IMG/VR virus record: IMGVR_UViG_3300033463_000510 | Coordinates: 1-36,023 of that record | Origin: a virus | Strand: one strand, 5' to 3' | Length of the DNA stretch: 36,023 nucleotides | In this document: one piece after another, positions 7,128 through 14,303 of the stretch | How positions within the stretch are numbered: position 1 is the first letter of the stretch | How the letters are laid out: every line of letters begins with the position of its first letter | Notes under the pieces: model-generated | Database searches by the model: none | The model's input: the letters and a program-made list of their open reading frames with translations, nothing else | What the model was told of the DNA's origin: nothing | Translations under genes and position numbers: made by a program

Positions 7128-8381
7128 TCACCAGCAAAAAAGTTGCAAAACCTTCGCATTCGCCCCGTTTATGAGGTCCCAGTCGCGCTCCGCGTAGATG
7201 TCCGTCAGGGCGTAGTCGCCGACATGGCAGAGGCACTCGTCCACCAGGGCCTTCTCCACGCCCGCCTTCCGGGCCAGCGTCGCCCAGGTGTGGCGCGCGG
7301 CGTAGAAGGTGAAGCGCTCCACGCCGTTCTTCGAGCACCACCTCGCCAGCGCCCGGTTCACCTTCGCGGAGGCGATGTCCTTGTCCGGGTCGACGTCGTG
7401 CAGCGCGGGCAGCCACCACGATGCCCCTGCGGGGCCACCAAGACGCCGTACGCGCTTACATACGCACGAAGGGAGGTACACTACCATCTGCGCCCTATCG
7501 GCCCGCCTGGTGCGCGTTTTCTGCCGGTTGTAGGTCCAGACTCCGTCGCGCGGCGGAACGGCACCGTAGAGGTCCGCGAAATTCGCGCCCATGCACGCGA
7601 AGGAGAGGACGAAGGCGTCCAGGGCGATGCGCTCCATCGGGTCGTCCGTCTGGGCGTCGATAATCCGCTGCATGAGCTCCGCGCCGAGGTTCTTCTGCCC
7701 ATCCGGGGGCGGCAGGTGGTACTCTATGCGCGAGAACGGATCGCGCGGTATGAGGATGCGCCCGGTGTCCTCGTCATTGTAGCGCGCACGCGCCGCGTCG
7801 TAGACGTGCGCCAGCTTCATGACGTGCCGGCTGCCCGTGCCTCCCCCGCGATCCTTGCTCGTCTCCACCAGCCTCCCCTCCTTGTGGGACCACTGCATCT
7901 TCTTCCCGGCATCCACGTCCTCCATGAAGTCCAGGACCAGCCGCCGCGTGATGTCGTTGACATCCAGCTCGCGCCTGCCCAGGTAGCGGGCGAAGGCGTT
8001 GAGCGCGCCCTCGTAGTTCCGGCGCGTGGTGGGAGCCTTGCACTGGATCCACGAGTCCGCGAATGTGAAGTAGTCCAGGCGGAAGGAGTCCGCCTGCATC
8101 GTTGCGCGGATGTGGTCCACTATCCAGTCCACGTCCGCCGCCTCCAGGTCGAAGGGGTTGACGTCCGAGAGCGCAGCGCGCATCCGCGTGACGAGTTCGT
8201 CGCACTTGTTCCGCAGGTCCGGCGACTTGATGTTCAAGGATCGGGTGAGGTCGGACGGCCTCGCCCAGAGGGAGGTGGCAAGTTTGCGCTGCTTCCGGTG
8301 GTGGGTGATCCGGATCTTGACGTTGTAGGTGCCGTCCTGGCGCTTGTGGTTGGCGTAGACGACGGCCTTGAAGGTTGGCAT
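7128..8381 (-). CDS. int: tyrosine recombinase / phage integrase
   Basis: Trimmed to the ATG at 8381 (MPTFKAVVYANHKRQDGTYNVKIRITHH, an arm-type DNA-binding N-terminus typical of Bacteroidota integrases). The C-terminus has YAARHTWATLA ... CLCHVGDYALTDIYAERD (catalytic R/H/Y context). Confidence 0.9.
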   Translation of the reverse strand: MPTFKAVVYANHKRQDGTYNVKIRITHHRKQRKLATSLWARPSDLTRSLNIKSPDLRNKCDELVTRMRAALSDVNPFDLEAADVDWIVDHIRATMQADSFRLDYFTFADSWIQCKAPTTRRNYEGALNAFARYLGRRELDVNDITRRLVLDFMEDVDAGKKMQWSHKEGRLVETSKDRGGGTGSRHVMKLAHVYDAARARYNDEDTGRILIPRDPFSRIEYHLPPPDGQKNLGAELMQRIIDAQTDDPMERIALDAFVLSFACMGANFADLYGAVPPRDGVWTYNRQKTRTRRADRAQMVVYLPSCVCKRVRRLGGPAGASWWLPALHDVDPDKDIASAKVNRALARWCSKNGVERFTFYAARHTWATLARKAGVEKALVDECLCHVGDYALTDIYAERDWDLINGANAKVLQLFCW

Positions 8382-8439
8382 ACTATACTGGTTTGAGCAA
8401 CATCCCGGATGTGGTAAACTTCCGAGCAACATTTCAGCG

Positions 8440-8447
8440 CAAAAATA
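8440..8447 (-). promoter_or_regulatory. candidate -7 box for int (TATTTTTG on minus)
   Basis: Plus-strand CAAAAATA at 8440-8447 is TATTTTTG on minus and matches TAnnTTTG. It lies about 59 nt upstream of the int ATG. Confidence 0.4.
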
Positions 8448-8555
8448 CGCATTTTTCGCGCAATTTTGCAAGGGCTTCCCGCGTCATCCGCGCGGATATG
8501 CCCTCCTGCTGCGGTGGGTGGCCGTTCTGCGGTGATATTTGGTTAGAATTGCATG

Positions 8556-8590
8556 GTCCCCTCGCAGAGATGCGCGGGGACTTGTTTTTG
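8556..8590 (+). terminator. plus-strand intrinsic-terminator-like hairpin
   Basis: GTCCCCTCGC-AGAGAT-GCGCGGGGAC (10-bp stem, one mismatch) followed by TTGTTTTTG. Confidence 0.55.
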
Positions 8591-8635
8591 CCCGTTTCCG
8601 CCCCTTCCGTTGAGCAACATCCGATAAAATACTGC

Positions 8636-8674
8636 AAAAAAGACGGCCCCCGGCGTGCTGCCTGCGGGACCGTC
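8636..8674 (-). terminator. intrinsic terminator ending the late/lysis operon
   Basis: On minus: GACGGTCCCGCAGGC...GCCGGGGGCCGTC, an imperfect GC stem, followed by TTTTTT. It lies about 30 nt downstream of the last lysis-cassette gene (stop at 8704). Confidence 0.65.
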
Positions 8675-8703
8675 TTCGATAGTATGCACCACAAAGATAG
8701 CGA

Positions 8704-9201
8704 TTATTTCCGGATCTCAAAATATCCCAGGCGGTACTGGATGCCGATGCCGGCGTAGGGAGTCACGCCTCCGGACCCGTAGCCCACGCCAGTCTGCACT
8801 CCCCAGCTCCAGCGGGAAGGCTCGATCCTTTGCGTCGTGGAGATGGTCACGGTCTTGCGGTAGACTTCGATGTAGTCCAGCGACGGATCCACGCCGGACA
8901 CCACGGCCCGGTAGGTGCTGTCCTGGTAGACCTTCTCGTCGCGCGGCAGCTGCGCCCAGACGGTGTCGGTCTTCCCCGGCACCGGCACGGGGACGCGGAC
9001 GGTGTCGACCGTCCTGACGGTCACATACACCGGCGCCGTGATGCGTATGGTGTCCCGGAGGTATAATGTGTCGGTCCGCGTCTCGATGACCGTCACGGGG
9101 TCCGTATCGCGAGCGTAGCGGATGCCCGCGCAGACGCACACGGACGCGGCAGCGACTGCCACGGCTATGGTGCGGATGACGGTATGCCAGGACGGGCTCA
9201 T
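8704..9201 (-). CDS. membrane-anchored beta-rich protein, last gene of the lysis cassette (possible spanin-like accessory)
   Basis: Trimmed to the ATG at 9201 (MSPSWHTVIRTIAVAVAAASVCVCAG..., a signal/anchor-like segment). ATGA overlap with the endolysin gene. The C-terminus is GVGYGSGGVTPYAGIGIQYRLGYFEIRK. Confidence 0.5.
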   Translation of the reverse strand: MSPSWHTVIRTIAVAVAAASVCVCAGIRYARDTDPVTVIETRTDTLYLRDTIRITAPVYVTVRTVDTVRVPVPVPGKTDTVWAQLPRDEKVYQDSTYRAVVSGVDPSLDYIEVYRKTVTISTTQRIEPSRWSWGVQTGVGYGSGGVTPYAGIGIQYRLGYFEIRK

Positions 9202-9626
9202 GCCTGGATGACGAGGTTCTGCCGACGCTGCCGGCCGTCGTTGCTCTTCAGGGCGATGTGCAGCCACCGGTCCCCCTTCACCTGCTCGTCGATGCACTGG
9301 TCGTACCGGATGCGGTTGTCCTCCAGCCACCCGGCCGCGAAGAGGATGAACTTCGCGGTGCGGCGCTTGTCGCTGGGACGGATGTCCGCGGCCCAGCCCT
9401 CCAGGTGTGCGGAGTTGGAGACGCCGCCCACGGCCTTGTTCAGCCCCTTGCAGCGGAAACCGGAGGTCACGACCAGCGGACCGCCCCACGCCTCGCGCAG
9501 GGGGTCGAGGATCTGCCGGCGCAGCTGGTCCAGGTGCGCCACCTGCTCGAAGGTCGGGGTGTTGTCGATGCCCTTCGCCTTCGCGGCGTCGCTGGCGATA
9601 AATTCGTGGAGTTCAAAGTAGCTCAT
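9198..9626 (-). CDS. endolysin, peptidase M15 (D-Ala-D-Ala carboxypeptidase-like) family
   Basis: Trimmed to the ATG at 9626 (MSYFELHEF...). SGFRCKGLNKAVGGVSNSAHLEGWAADI matches the M15 SGxR...N..VGG..S.H..G.A.D zinc-peptidase signature. Confidence 0.85.
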   Translation of the reverse strand: MSYFELHEFIASDAAKAKGIDNTPTFEQVAHLDQLRRQILDPLREAWGGPLVVTSGFRCKGLNKAVGGVSNSAHLEGWAADIRPSDKRRTAKFILFAAGWLEDNRIRYDQCIDEQVKGDRWLHIALKSNDGRQRRQNLVIQA

Positions 9627-9628
9627 CG

Positions 9629-9817
9629 TCACGCCTCCAGCTGTTTCACCTTCGCGGAGACGTACGGCCATGCCATAGCGGCCACGCACGCCACGCATGC
9701 GGCGATGAAGTGATACTTTGAGGATATGGCGACGAGCACGCCGCCGATGGCGCCCACGATGTACGCGCAGATCTGCGCGAAGCACCAGGCCTTAGCGATG
9801 ATTTCTTTCCAATTCAT
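9629..9817 (-). CDS. holin-like small membrane protein (62 aa, two TM segments)
   Basis: MNWKEIIAKAWCFAQICAYIVGAIGGVLVAI...FIAACVACVAAMAWPYV lies immediately upstream of the endolysin. The start at 9817 was chosen over the Arg/Ser-rich extension. Confidence 0.6.
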   Translation of the reverse strand: MNWKEIIAKAWCFAQICAYIVGAIGGVLVAISSKYHFIAACVACVAAMAWPYVSAKVKQLEA

Positions 9818-10058
9818 CTCGTTCAAGTCTTTCAATCTTGCCCTCGAAGCGTTTGAGTTTGATGTCGAAGGACGTCTTGATGCCGAGGAGGGCGCCGGCA
9901 AGGACGAGGAGCTCCGACACGATGGAGATGGCGCTGCTGGCTATCTCCCCCAGCGGCGGGATGACGAAGAGGCACACCGCCGCGATGAGCACGCCGCAGG
10001 TGAACGACGCGATTGCGAGGCGCGACTGGATGATGGTGAGGTCTTTTGCTGCTGCCAT
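9792..10058 (-). CDS. holin/antiholin-like membrane protein (88 aa, two TM segments, charged C-terminus)
   Basis: LAIASFTCGVLIAAVCLFVI and ISIVSELLVLAGALLGI, followed by the tail KRFEGKIERLERDELERNHR. Overlaps the next 2-TM gene by 26 nt. Confidence 0.6.
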   Translation of the reverse strand: MAAAKDLTIIQSRLAIASFTCGVLIAAVCLFVIPPLGEIASSAISIVSELLVLAGALLGIKTSFDIKLKRFEGKIERLERDELERNHR

Positions 10059-10070
10059 GTCTTATCAGTT

Positions 10071-10637
10071 TTATACTTCGGTCCAGCCGTACACCCCCGG
10101 CTCGTACACATTCGCGGGGATCGTGCTCTCCCAGTGGCTTCCGTTGTGGCTGACGTGGGCGCCCAGTGCGTAGGCGTCCTCGCTCCCTACCGGCTGTCTC
10201 CACTCCGGCCACTCCTCGATGCTCACCTCCACGAACAAGCTCACCGCGGTGTCCGGCGTCCATTCGCTCGCCGCCGTGTGTGCCTGGATGACCTTCCACA
10301 GCTTCCCGTCGTACCAGAGGCGGTCCCCCACTGCGACGGCTTCCTCTATCTTCGACGCCCATGTCGGGAAGAGAGCCGCCACGGCGAGGGCTTCCTCGTC
10401 CGTCAGCTCCTCCGTCTCCGTGGACAGCATCCGCTTGACGGCATCGAGGATTGCCCCGTACCCCGGCTCGGTCGCGGGCTGGGGAGGAACTACGGGGGGA
10501 ACATATACCTGCCACCCTGCGGCGGCTATCTGCTCTGCGCTGGGGTTGCTCACCCACTCGCCTCCGGGCATCTGGATGGACTTGCAGTAGCTGAGGACCT
10601 GCTGTCCGCCTATGATTTTGTAGTAAATCGTTGCCAT
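10071..10637 (-). CDS. protein with two CBM5/12-like carbohydrate-binding motifs
   Basis: VGDRLWYDGKLWKVIQAHTAASEWTPDTAVSLF and YALGAHVSHNGSHWESTIPANVYEPGVYGW resemble chitin-binding type-3 / CBM5_12 repeats. Confidence 0.5.
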   Translation of the reverse strand: MATIYYKIIGGQQVLSYCKSIQMPGGEWVSNPSAEQIAAAGWQVYVPPVVPPQPATEPGYGAILDAVKRMLSTETEELTDEEALAVAALFPTWASKIEEAVAVGDRLWYDGKLWKVIQAHTAASEWTPDTAVSLFVEVSIEEWPEWRQPVGSEDAYALGAHVSHNGSHWESTIPANVYEPGVYGWTEV

Positions 10638-10649
10638 ATCGTCTTTGCT

Positions 10650-11246
10650 TTAGGACGGGATGCTCCCGTCAGGGTTGAGTTCGTAAAGGTTGTTTACATA
10701 CCAAGTCCATGAACCGGACGCCTGATAAGCCGCGAGGATGCTGTGGTCCGAGGAATAAGGGACATATATCTTCTTCTGCTTTGCTGAGCCCAGCGGCTCA
10801 TAACCTCCGGACGGCGGTGTCGTCGCCCGGCATACGAACACTGCATCGTTGGCGCTGCCGAAGAAGCAGTCCTCGCTGATGTATGTCACGGTCGACGGCA
10901 TGTCCGCGAAGGTGATGCCAGCGCGGCTGAACGCTCCCCATCCCAATGTCGTCAGGCCCTCCGGCATGATGATTGACGCCAGATTGCTGCACCCGCTGAA
11001 GGCATCATTGGGGACGCTGGTCACGCCCGTGAAATACTGGAACTCGTCGAAGGAGGTTATCTGGGTGTTGCCGTAAAAAGCGAATCCGATGCTCGTCACC
11101 CTCGCTGCCTGGCTGGGCGTGATGCCCACGCCGTCGCCCCAGTTGGTCGCGCATATCTGCTCAACGACCGGGTCGGCGAACACGATGTATTCCTCCCGCG
11201 TCGGGGGGAGCATCATCGCCCTACGTCTAAGTAAAAGGTCTCTCAT
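10650..11246 (-). CDS. BspA-type leucine-rich-repeat protein
   Basis: NDAFSGCSNLASIIMPEGLTTLGWGAFSRAGITFADMPSTVTYISEDCFFG fits the LRR_5/BspA repeat pattern (F..C..L.SI..P..VT.IG..AF). Confidence 0.65.
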   Translation of the reverse strand: MRDLLLRRRAMMLPPTREEYIVFADPVVEQICATNWGDGVGITPSQAARVTSIGFAFYGNTQITSFDEFQYFTGVTSVPNDAFSGCSNLASIIMPEGLTTLGWGAFSRAGITFADMPSTVTYISEDCFFGSANDAVFVCRATTPPSGGYEPLGSAKQKKIYVPYSSDHSILAAYQASGSWTWYVNNLYELNPDGSIPS

Positions 11247-11247
11247 A

Positions 11248-13260
11248 CTACGAGGAAGGTGCTATGTCGAGGAAGGCCCCGACGGAGTTCATGATGCTGA
11301 TTTCGTAGTAGTGTCCCGCCTCGACGGTGGGTGCGCTGCCGCCGTTCCACGATATGCCGCTGGGCCAAGTGATGGTGGGCGCGGTGCTTCCAGCCGTGAA
11401 CGTCCAGAAGTAGTGGTTGACGATGCCGGAGACCGCAGAGGCCATCGCGAATGTCACAGTTCCCGTCAGCACACCGAGGTCATAGACCACGTTAGGCAGG
11501 AACCCTCCCTGCGGCTGGGAACTGCCTACGGTAGGATGAATTTCCGAGTACACACCACCGGACTTCACCAAGTTGTTGCTATTCGCCGTGGGGGTGTTGT
11601 CAACAGTAGGTAGTTGGGGGATGCCATAGTAGCTGTTCCCTACCTTCAGCCCCGCCAAGTCCGTGGGCGTAGTTCCCGACGGCACGGTGGGGTTCGCCTC
11701 GACCGCATCGGGGATGGTCGGCGTGTCGCTAATGAGAGAGTACGGGAGCTTGTGCGAGGAGTCAATCGTCGGTTGCTTGCCCGCAAGCAAATTCGTCAGT
11801 TCGGTGTTAGTCGGAAGGTCGCTCAACTTGCTCACCAATCCCGAAGTGATGCCGGAATTAAGGGCCGCCCACTGCGCCGCAGTGAAGCCGGAGTTGTTCA
11901 GCGCGTACTCAAACGCCCACGCGCTCCCGTTATACTTGTACCTCTCGACCCGTGCGATTTCCGTAGGGGTTGCATCAGAGGTCGGAATCTGCACGAAGGC
12001 GTAGTCGTTGTTGTCTGCCGTGGAGATAGCCGTGCCGAGGGCCGTTGCTATCTGGGACTGCGTGGCGGCGGTGGTCAGCGAAAGGTCGGAGACAAGGTTG
12101 TACGAGCCTCGATAAGTTGCCGTTGCCGTGCTGATGCTCGAATTGACAAACGCCTTGTCCGCGAGTTGGTTGGATGCGGATGCCGCAGAAGGAATTACCT
12201 CGGTGATGGGGGTGAGGTCACTGGGCTGAACAGCAGTATCAGCCTTATCAAGGGAGGTTTGCACACCACTCGCAAGGTCGGAAGCAGGAATACCCGTCCC
12301 TGGCTTCTGATAGGCCGTGTCAGCCGCGCCGAGGGAGTTCTGAACGCCTTGCGCAAGGTCGGTCTTGGGAATACCTCCCTGCGGCTTGTCGTACTTGTTC
12401 CCGAAAGCTGTGACGAGCGACGCGGTAATCCCGGAGTTGATAGCCGCCCATTGGGAAGCCGTAAAGGACGAGTTGTTTAACGACCACTCATAGGCCCATG
12501 CCGTCCCGTCGAACTTGTAGCGGTCAACGCGGGCAATCTCCGAAGGCGTTGCGTCAGCGGTCGGAATCTGCACAAAGCAGTAGTCGTTGTTGTCAGCCGT
12601 TGCGATTTCCGAAGCGAGGGCCGTTGCCACCTGCTCCCGCGTTGCGCTCGTCGTGAGGTGCAAGTCGCTGACGAGGTTGTAAGTCCCCCGGAAGGTCGCC
12701 GTTGCCGTCCCGATGGACGAGTTCACGAAGGCCTTATCCGCGAGCTGGTTCTGGGCCGACGCCGCAGCTGGGATGAGTCCGTTGATGTCCGCGATGTCCT
12801 GCACGGCTGCGTCGGCGTTTTCCAGGGACGTCTGGACGCCGGAGGCGAGGTCGGCCTTCGGGATGCCGTTCTGCGGCTTGCTGTAAGTCCCTGCCCCGAT
12901 GTTGGTGCGCGCTTGTGCCTTCTGCTCCGTGGTGAGCGACTGCTCCGTGTATTTCACGGCGTCAGCGGTACCGCCCTGGATCTCGATGTTTCCCTCGCCT
13001 TCGATAGGCGTATTGTTGATGGTCTTGAGCTTGATGTCCACCGCCTTGCCGGACGGGGTGACCTCCGTCCCGTTGACCTTCACCTTCTCGATGACGTTCA
13101 CCTGGGCGCCGGCGGCGATATTGCCGAGTTTTGTCTTGTCGGTATTGGTGAAATCGTTTTCGGAGAGTCCCTTGCCCTCGACCTTGTCGACCTTGTCGGA
13201 TACGGCCTCCAGACGCTCGTCCATCTCCGGACCGGTAAATTGTGACTGATATACTGCCAT
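11248..13260 (-). CDS. tail fibre protein with internal duplication
   Basis: The N-terminal GLSENDFTNTDKTKL is a common phage tail-fibre repeat. There are three 27-aa KPQxGIPKxDLAxGVQxSL repeats and a duplicated ~123-aa domain (aa 163-285 vs 356-478). Confidence 0.8.
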   Translation of the reverse strand: MAVYQSQFTGPEMDERLEAVSDKVDKVEGKGLSENDFTNTDKTKLGNIAAGAQVNVIEKVKVNGTEVTPSGKAVDIKLKTINNTPIEGEGNIEIQGGTADAVKYTEQSLTTEQKAQARTNIGAGTYSKPQNGIPKADLASGVQTSLENADAAVQDIADINGLIPAAASAQNQLADKAFVNSSIGTATATFRGTYNLVSDLHLTTSATREQVATALASEIATADNNDYCFVQIPTADATPSEIARVDRYKFDGTAWAYEWSLNNSSFTASQWAAINSGITASLVTAFGNKYDKPQGGIPKTDLAQGVQNSLGAADTAYQKPGTGIPASDLASGVQTSLDKADTAVQPSDLTPITEVIPSAASASNQLADKAFVNSSISTATATYRGSYNLVSDLSLTTAATQSQIATALGTAISTADNNDYAFVQIPTSDATPTEIARVERYKYNGSAWAFEYALNNSGFTAAQWAALNSGITSGLVSKLSDLPTNTELTNLLAGKQPTIDSSHKLPYSLISDTPTIPDAVEANPTVPSGTTPTDLAGLKVGNSYYGIPQLPTVDNTPTANSNNLVKSGGVYSEIHPTVGSSQPQGGFLPNVVYDLGVLTGTVTFAMASAVSGIVNHYFWTFTAGSTAPTITWPSGISWNGGSAPTVEAGHYYEISIMNSVGAFLDIAPSS
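12406..12774 (-). repeat. copy 1 of the duplicated tail-fibre domain (partner is 11827-12195)
   Basis: IPAAASAQNQLADKAFVNSSIGTATATFRGTYNLVSDL... versus IPSAASASNQLADKAFVNSSISTATATYRGSYNLVSDL..., offset 193 aa (579 nt). Confidence 0.8.
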
Positions 13261-13271
13261 ATTGTCAGTTT

Positions 13272-13763
13272 TTAATAGTTTCGTATGATGACGTCCGGCG
13301 CGGCCTTCTCCCAGCCGTCCGGCAGGTCGGACTGGTCCACGACATCAGCGCAGCCGCCGTTCGCCACGACAAGGATGACGGAGCAGAAGACGCCCGCGCA
13401 CTCGTCGGTGAAACGCTGGTTGAAGGTCGTGAACTCGTAGGTCTCCGGCTCGATGCCGCGGTCACGCAGGACCCGCAGCACGTTCTGGAGCGTCTCGATG
13501 CCGACGCTCTGCACCTCGACCTGGTTCGCGAGGTCGGCGCGCAGGCGGTCGACGTAGTACAGCGTGAAGGCGTACCGCATGAAGTCGTCGTTGATGTCCG
13601 CACGGTGGCGGCCCTGGACCCATGCGAAGGTGCCGAAGCGCGCGTCGGCGTAGGAGTTCAGGCGGAAGATGTCGTTCTCCACGATCATCGCCACGGACGG
13701 CTGCTCCGCCGCCGCGTCCTCGATGGTGCGTATGAGTTCCAGCAAGTTCATCGCCTCGTGCAT
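13272..13763 (-). CDS. hypothetical virion/neck protein (163 aa)
   Basis: ORF MHEAMNLLELIRTIEDAAAEQPS... lies between the connector-like gene and the tail fibre. Function inferred from position only. Confidence 0.55.
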   Translation of the reverse strand: MHEAMNLLELIRTIEDAAAEQPSVAMIVENDIFRLNSYADARFGTFAWVQGRHRADINDDFMRYAFTLYYVDRLRADLANQVEVQSVGIETLQNVLRVLRDRGIEPETYEFTTFNQRFTDECAGVFCSVILVVANGGCADVVDQSDLPDGWEKAAPDVIIRNY

Positions 13764-14299
13764 TTAGCCGGTGATGACATCTTGCCGCGGGCGCCTCCGA
13801 GGAAGATCCCGCAGGAGGCGGCGCTGTAAAGGTTCGAGCGCATGCGCTGGCAGCAGGCCTCCGTCAGCTCCGGGAAGCTGGCGCGGTTCGCCAGGAGCCA
13901 CGTCTGGAGGTCGTAGCAGCGGGCGTCCGCCTTCGCCTGGTAGTAGCCCTTCACGGCCGCGAGTTCGTCGGGAGTCGCGACCTGGAGGTTCTCGTCGCTG
14001 GACTTCGCCACGCCGAAGTTCGTCAGTTTGTAGGACTTGTAGACCACGTCCGCGAGGGCCGTGTAGGCGAGGAAATACTGGCAGCGGTCCACCAGCTCCT
14101 TGTAGTCGCCGGCCAGGGCCTCATCCTTGCGCAGCTGCTCCAGCTTCGCGAGAAGCGGTCCGCCGATGATCCCGCGCAGCGCCACGTCCTGCGCCTCGAC
14201 GATGGCGCTCTGGAGGTACTTCCCTGAGAGGTTGTCCGAAGCGTTCGTGCAGGACTTGACGAAGTCCTCGGACGTCAGTAGATACTTCTTCGCTGCCAT
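13748..14299 (-). CDS. hypothetical head-tail connector-like protein (183 aa)
   Basis: Trimmed to the ATG at 14299 (MAAKKYLLTSEDFVKSCTN...). Immediately downstream of the portal gene. Upstream codons are Ser/Arg/Pro-rich shadow. Confidence 0.5.
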   Translation of the reverse strand: MAAKKYLLTSEDFVKSCTNASDNLSGKYLQSAIVEAQDVALRGIIGGPLLAKLEQLRKDEALAGDYKELVDRCQYFLAYTALADVVYKSYKLTNFGVAKSSDENLQVATPDELAAVKGYYQAKADARCYDLQTWLLANRASFPELTEACCQRMRSNLYSAASCGIFLGGARGKMSSPAKCTRR

Positions 14300-14303
14300 A
14301 GGT

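Noticed and set aside
8529-8590. GCGGTGATATTTGGTTAGAATTGCATGG... resembled a tRNA 5' half (acceptor plus D-loop GGTTAGAA), which would have marked a tRNA-derived att site.
   Set aside because: There is no D-stem pairing (TTTG has no CAAA partner), no anticodon arm, no GTTCRAnnC T-loop and no matching 3' acceptor strand. The GC hairpin is followed by a T-run and fits a terminator better.
11827-12774. The duplicated tail-fibre segments as template/variable repeats of a diversity-generating retroelement.
   Set aside because: No reverse transcriptase-like ORF exists anywhere in the genome. Both copies are in-frame parts of the same gene. The differences (for example G/S, F/Y, H/S, S/A, D/E) are not the adenine-restricted, Asn-codon-centred pattern of DGR mutagenesis.
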